Under the pieces are notes generated by a model, which made no database searches, was not told the DNA's origin, and saw only the letters and a list, made by a program, of their open reading frames with translations. From Pocillopora damicornis (taxonomy: Eukaryota), in assembly GCF_003704095.1 (NCBI RefSeq), contig NW_020846293.1, positions 1 to 64,000 of the forward strand: DNA of 64,000 bases. Direction: 5' to 3'. This document shows, piece after piece, positions 59,261-64,000 of this stretch. Position numbers and translations under genes: made by a program. How positions within the stretch are numbered: the stretch's first letter is position 1; every line of letters begins with the position of its first letter.

Positions 59261-62200
59261 TTGTTTTGTTAAACACAGTTTAATTTTTTTTTTCTTCATA
59301 GAAACTATTTAACCGAATATTTTTTACTTGAATGTAGCACATTGGAAATGCAAGTTAGCAAGTACTTGAATCCAATGGAAAATCAAGTTTTTCAGTTCTC
59401 TGTTTATAATTTTCATTCAATGAAAACCAGTTTAACAAAACATGTTTTGCTGGTGTGAATGGGGTATTTGTTGTTGTTGTTAGCCGCCATTATCATCTTT
59501 TACTTTAGGCCTCTTATATAGCTGTCACCTACAACGTCATTTTTGGTAAGCTCAGTAAAACCATGTGTGTTTATATTTTATGTAGCCTCCTTCGTCCCTG
59601 GAAAGAACGTGGTCATCATTGGGACTTCGTTTATAGGTAAATCATTAATGTTATTATGTCTCATTATAATTTTTTTACAATTTAATTGGTTACTAGCCCG
59701 TGGTTTCAAATGCCAGACTCTTTAATTTATTTTACATCTGGTAGCTTAGCAATAGACCGCGCTTTCCATTCGTTTTCCGGCGTAATATCTCCAACTTGAA
59801 ATTCTGGGAGAAAACGAGCAAAGTTTATGAATCACGAACCAAACTTTTTCGAGTTTGCAGCACCACAGTTTCTTTTGAAAAAAGTAAACTTCATTTGTCG
59901 TTTAATCGCTACAATCACAAATTCTTGTCGTAGCATTTTTAAATCCACAGCTTTCAGAACAGTGCACCATGCCAAACCTGAAGAAAATCCACATTTCTCT
60001 AGAAACTCACCCTCTTTATTCATTTTTTTAGTTTGGGTTGGGTCATGCAACCCGACCCAAGCTTCCCTCGTTTTTCGCTCAGCCACAACTATCTGTTAAG
60101 TATTACTACTATGAGGGAAGAATATTGCTGTTAACTTGCTCCACCATTTCACCTTGATCCGTAAGGTATGGAACTGGCGTCGAACTTTGCAGACAAAGCT
60201 GCGTCTGTGACATGTGTTGGAAGAAGCAGTATTCCTTTTGCGAACGTGCTGGGCGAGAAGATTGGCGCCATGCTGAAAAAGGTAATGGGATGCATTACTG
60301 ACTCGTACCCGGTCGATTTTCAACGAGGAAGCGGGAGGTGCTAGTCCCTCGCAACCTCGTGTCTGTGTAGACGTGGAGAACAGGGGACGGCTCAGGGATG
60401 TTTAGGAGTTGGGCATGAACACTTAAGGTTGATCAAAAGACAAACAGCCTATTTACCCAAACAGTCTTTAATCATTCTTTTTTCCTATTGTGAAGAATGA
60501 TTATATACACTCTGAAACTCTATTTCCACTTCTTCTAGACTCACGAAAGCAAAGGAGTAAAATTCATCACTGATGCTGCTGCGAGTAGTTTCAAAGGCGA
60601 CAGAGGAAAAGTGAGGATTTTTCTCAGTTTAACTAAGGAAGTTAATTTTTGTCATCCTGTGATTGGATGGAGCTACACATCAGGAGTTTTAGGACATACA
60701 CAAATGCCTTTTAACCTAAAGAAACCGTAAAGCAACAGTAAAATTGCAACCACCAATTGATACTTGAAAAATTAAGAGAGAACTGACAAGGTTGGTTCAT
60801 GCTTGAGAGGATTAATGTGTATTGTGAATCATTAAAAATGATAATTATTATCCAAAATTCATAAACCCGAAGAGACAAACATTTACTCTAAGAATTGAGT
60901 GCAACTTAAAAGTTAACCGATTGAATTGTCAGTTTATTCGGTTCGTCTGTAATACGAGGTGTCTGGTGTATTGCTTTCAGTTAACAGCTGTGTGTTTTAA
61001 CAATGGAACAGAAGTTCCTGCTGATATCTGTATCCAGGGAGTAGGTAAGGTTCCTTTAGTATACCACTAACTTCAGCGCCAATTGAGAGTGCAAAAATTA
61101 ACTTTCGGTTTGATTCTGTTCTTTGCAAGCGTATGTACAAGGCAAAACTGAACGCCATAAAATGTCCTACCAGGAGACTTCTTCGTAAAGCTGAACTAGT
61201 ACTTTCAAAAGTTTACTCTAACCCTGAGCTAAGTTAATCGCGTTTGAAACAACTCGATCTAGGATGGAGAGCCAGGGTATAACCAAGCAAAACTGCTAAG
61301 TCTCCCGCACAATTTGCTGGCATCCATTGAGTCTCGTGTGAAAAGAGACATTATGTGAGGAAAGTGTGATGCCTAAGAACAAAACATTTTTCTCGTTCTG
61401 GAGTCTACGCAAACCACTATTTACTGCCTTTCCTAGGTGTATCACCATCCACAGACTTCTTAAAAAAGAGTAGCGTACCTCAGACCAGCCGCGGAGATGT
61501 AATTGTTGATAAGGTTAGAATACTTCTGCGATATGCAGTTTTTAAAGTTAGCCTTAAGGTGACTCCAATTCAGGCCATTTCGGCGATGACCATCTTTTCT
61601 TGGATTAACCAAGTTATCGTGTTGACTTCTCAAGCCATTTAAGACGACAGAGGAAAATGACCCTGAAAAACTGCGTAGGCTTAAAAATTTTAAAAAAACT
61701 GGTACCGTCCGATTTTGGACACTAGTGTCCGTTTTTAGACACTAGTCTTTATTTTGGACACTAGTGTCCGTTTTTAGACACTAGTATCCAACACCAGTCG
61801 TTGATTTCTTTCACTGTTGTTGGATGTCGTACACCTGTATCCGTTTTTGGACGGTACCGTCTGATTTCGGACGCTCACGTTCGTCAGCAACAGTTTTTGA
61901 CGTGTTGACGTGTAGTTGAAATATCAATGAACTGAACTAGAAAATGCAGGAGATGATGCATTGTTTAGTGGCTAAAACTGTGACAAACGTGCTCAGTGGC
62001 AATTCACGCTCATCCTGGTCCTTTTTTTTCTCCTGCCCTCGTGCCCCACTCTTTTTCTCGCGCTTGCTTTAGGCTCTCTTGTTGTATAAATACGGTTATG
62101 GCCAGATTAGCATGGCCTGCTTCTATTTTACCAACCTATCGTCTCTTCATGTTGCAGTACATGAAGGCTTGTGAAGGAGTTTTTGCCGCTGGAGATATCG

Positions 62201-63695
62201 CTCACTTCCCTCTGAAGATGTTAGATTGGGAAAAGGTTACTATTGGTCATTGGCAGATTTCGCACAAGCATGGTATGTTTTTATGGGTGATATCGTTGAA
62301 ATGGTCCAATAAACATTCCTCTCGCTTCGAGGCAAAACGATCCGGATCAAAATATAGTCTTATCTTATTTTCGTTGTAATGAAGTGTTTCTTTGAAAATT
62401 GAGATTCTTTACGAAACCCAGTCGAGGTTCCCTGAAAAAAGAAGATTTGCATGAGTAGAGGAATACCTAGAAGATCTGGAGGGCAAACCTGTTGTCTAAC
62501 TCTCCCCACAGGGGACCAGGTAGTTCTGCTCTAGGTTGGTTTTTGAAGTCCTGGAAATTGTCGTGCTCATTCCATTGTACTTTCATATTGTAGGACTGAC
62601 TGCTGCGCGTAATATGCTTGGAGGAAACGAAGAGATCGACACAATACCATTCTTCTGGACTTCTCAGTATGGTAAAAGCATCAGATACTGTGGTAGGTGT
62701 CTCAGAGTAACTGAGTCTAGCTGCTTCCTACCGTCCGATTTCTATCGTAACAGAAATGCAGAATTAGAATTAATTTCCTCCGAGTAAATCCTTGCAGACT
62801 TAGCCTGAAGTTCTAACCTGAGGAAAGGGGATCGGAGGATTTTGTTTATGTCAAGATAAAATTTACCTGATCCCCCTTAAGGCTCTCTAATATTCTTATG
62901 ATCCACTTCATTGGCATTTAATCAGAGGTCATTTTCCTCAAGTCTCCCTTTATCCTCTGTCGGTGACGGCTGATCCCCTCTCCATTTCCCCTGAAACCCA
63001 TGCGATCCTTCAAAATCCTCTGACCCTCCCCTCTCCCCAGGCGATAATGAATAACTGGTTCTTAATTGTAAAGCGTGCTGTAAACCAAAATAACAGGACT
63101 AGGCCGATCCCAACTCCGTTTCCCCTGAAAACCACGTGATCCCTCAAATCCTCCGACTCTCCCCACTCCCCTCTCCCCTCTACCCTCTCCCTCAGGCGTG
63201 TTGTAAACCAAAATAACAGGACTAAGCCGAGGGAAACCGAGCAATCTCACGGGTCGATCAGTGATAACCTTTGTTACCTCTTTGCTGTTAAATTTGTCCC
63301 CAGGTCACGCCCATTCATTTGATGACGTGCTTATTGACGGTAGCGTTGATGAACAAAAATTCACCGCCTACTTTGCCAAGTGAGTTGAGCAAACATAAAA
63401 ACCAAATTACTTAAGGAAGTAAAAACTCAAAAAAGAGTACACGTGACGTTTGTTAAAGCGTGGGAAGGCTTCATATAAGGTTTCTTCCTTTTTTATCTTG
63501 ATTATTATTATTATATTTATTATTTTTTTAATCCTTGTTGTACCACTAGTCATTGCCTTTTATTTCCCTTGTTCTCTAATTCACTTCCAGAGGGGATAAA
63601 ATTCTTGCTGTAGCAACCATGGGACCTGGGAATGCCGCCGCAAAGGCAGCCGACGAAATGTTTGAGGGGAAAATGCGTTCTGCATCAGAGATCAG
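53519..63695 (+). CDS. AIFM3: Apoptosis-inducing factor 3-like (Rieske 2Fe-2S plus FAD/NAD oxidoreductase); 3' end uncertain, possibly a terminal acceptor at 63980 (AG|G TAA) or beyond the window
   Basis: Exons 53519-53757, 54966-55038, 55323-55542, 55896-55940, 56078-56162, 56786-56836, 57148-57209, 57803-57889, 58374-58465, 58971-59050, 59586-59636, 60166-60281, 60539-60610, 60981-61044, 61437-61513, 62158-62272, 62593-62692, 63304-63379, 63591-63695. Rieske CTHYGAPL...[67 protein letters not shown]. Confidence 0.93.
58029..58366 (+). repeat. Minisatellite, ~49-50 bp unit, ~7 copies
   Basis: Unit 'ttgcaagtgt(t)taatgatatagcattttgttatttttctgtttttttt(t)ata' repeated up to the acceptor at 58373. 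Confidence 0.95.
61701..61873. repeat. Short tandem array of palindromic ~19-20 bp units
   Basis: Four copies of 'tttt(g/a)gacactagt(gtccg)', flanked by 'ggtaccgtc' at 61701 and ~61853. Confidence 0.8.
62820..63245. repeat. Composite interspersed repeat with an internal direct duplication
   Basis: 'tgtaaaccaaaataacaggacta' at ~63079 and ~63202; 'gatccc...cc.tttcccctgaaa.cca.g.gatcc.tcaaa' at ~62972 and ~63106. Confidence 0.55.
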
Positions 63696-64000
63696 GTCAG
63701 TGAACTTCAGGCAAAATTGCTCAAGGTATTATGGTAATAGGTTTCTCGCAAGTCAAGTTGCTGAGATTATTACCACTAAGTGGAGAAAGCCCTAACCCTG
63801 CCTAGGAGTATAGTAGACGACTTGGCCAAAGCCTACAGCCAGACCTGCCGCTTGTAGGTGTACCTCGCTGTCCATTACCCCATTTGGTGCGTATCCCATA
63901 ACAGTTATACAGGAGCTTTAAAAGCGTCGGTTAAATGCCATCACCGAGAAAGGGAGAAATAAAGATGGGGTTTGTTTTAGGTAACTTTTTACCTTTACTA

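Overview
Eukaryotic, intron-rich, AT-rich animal DNA. The gene set, intron sizes and repeat families suggest an anthozoan such as a stony coral (inference, not proven). Left to right: the 3' remnant of an L2/CR1-group LINE; CRCP/RPC9 (+); ZDHHC5/8 palmitoyltransferase (-) head-to-head with FBXW8 (+); Lhx1/5 (Lim1) (+) in a ~15 kb gene-poor, CpG-retaining domain; RBM19 (-) head-to-head with a stand-alone PNKP-type DNA 3'-phosphatase (+); an RWD-domain/Ygr210-type OBG GTPase fusion gene (-) head-to-head with COX6A (+); and AIFM3 (+), which runs to the window edge. Gene models were spliced by eye using GT-AG sites and frame continuity. The main candidates for novelty are the RWD-OBG GTPase fusion, the kinase-less 3'-phosphatase, a palindromic twin-tRNA mobile element, the Lhx1/5-RBM19 neighbourhood also seen in human 12q24, two U12-type introns, and a possible dual-start AIFM3. 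No searches were run, so all homology calls rest on recognised motifs. Assembly gaps lie at 4443-4542 and ~39383-39393.
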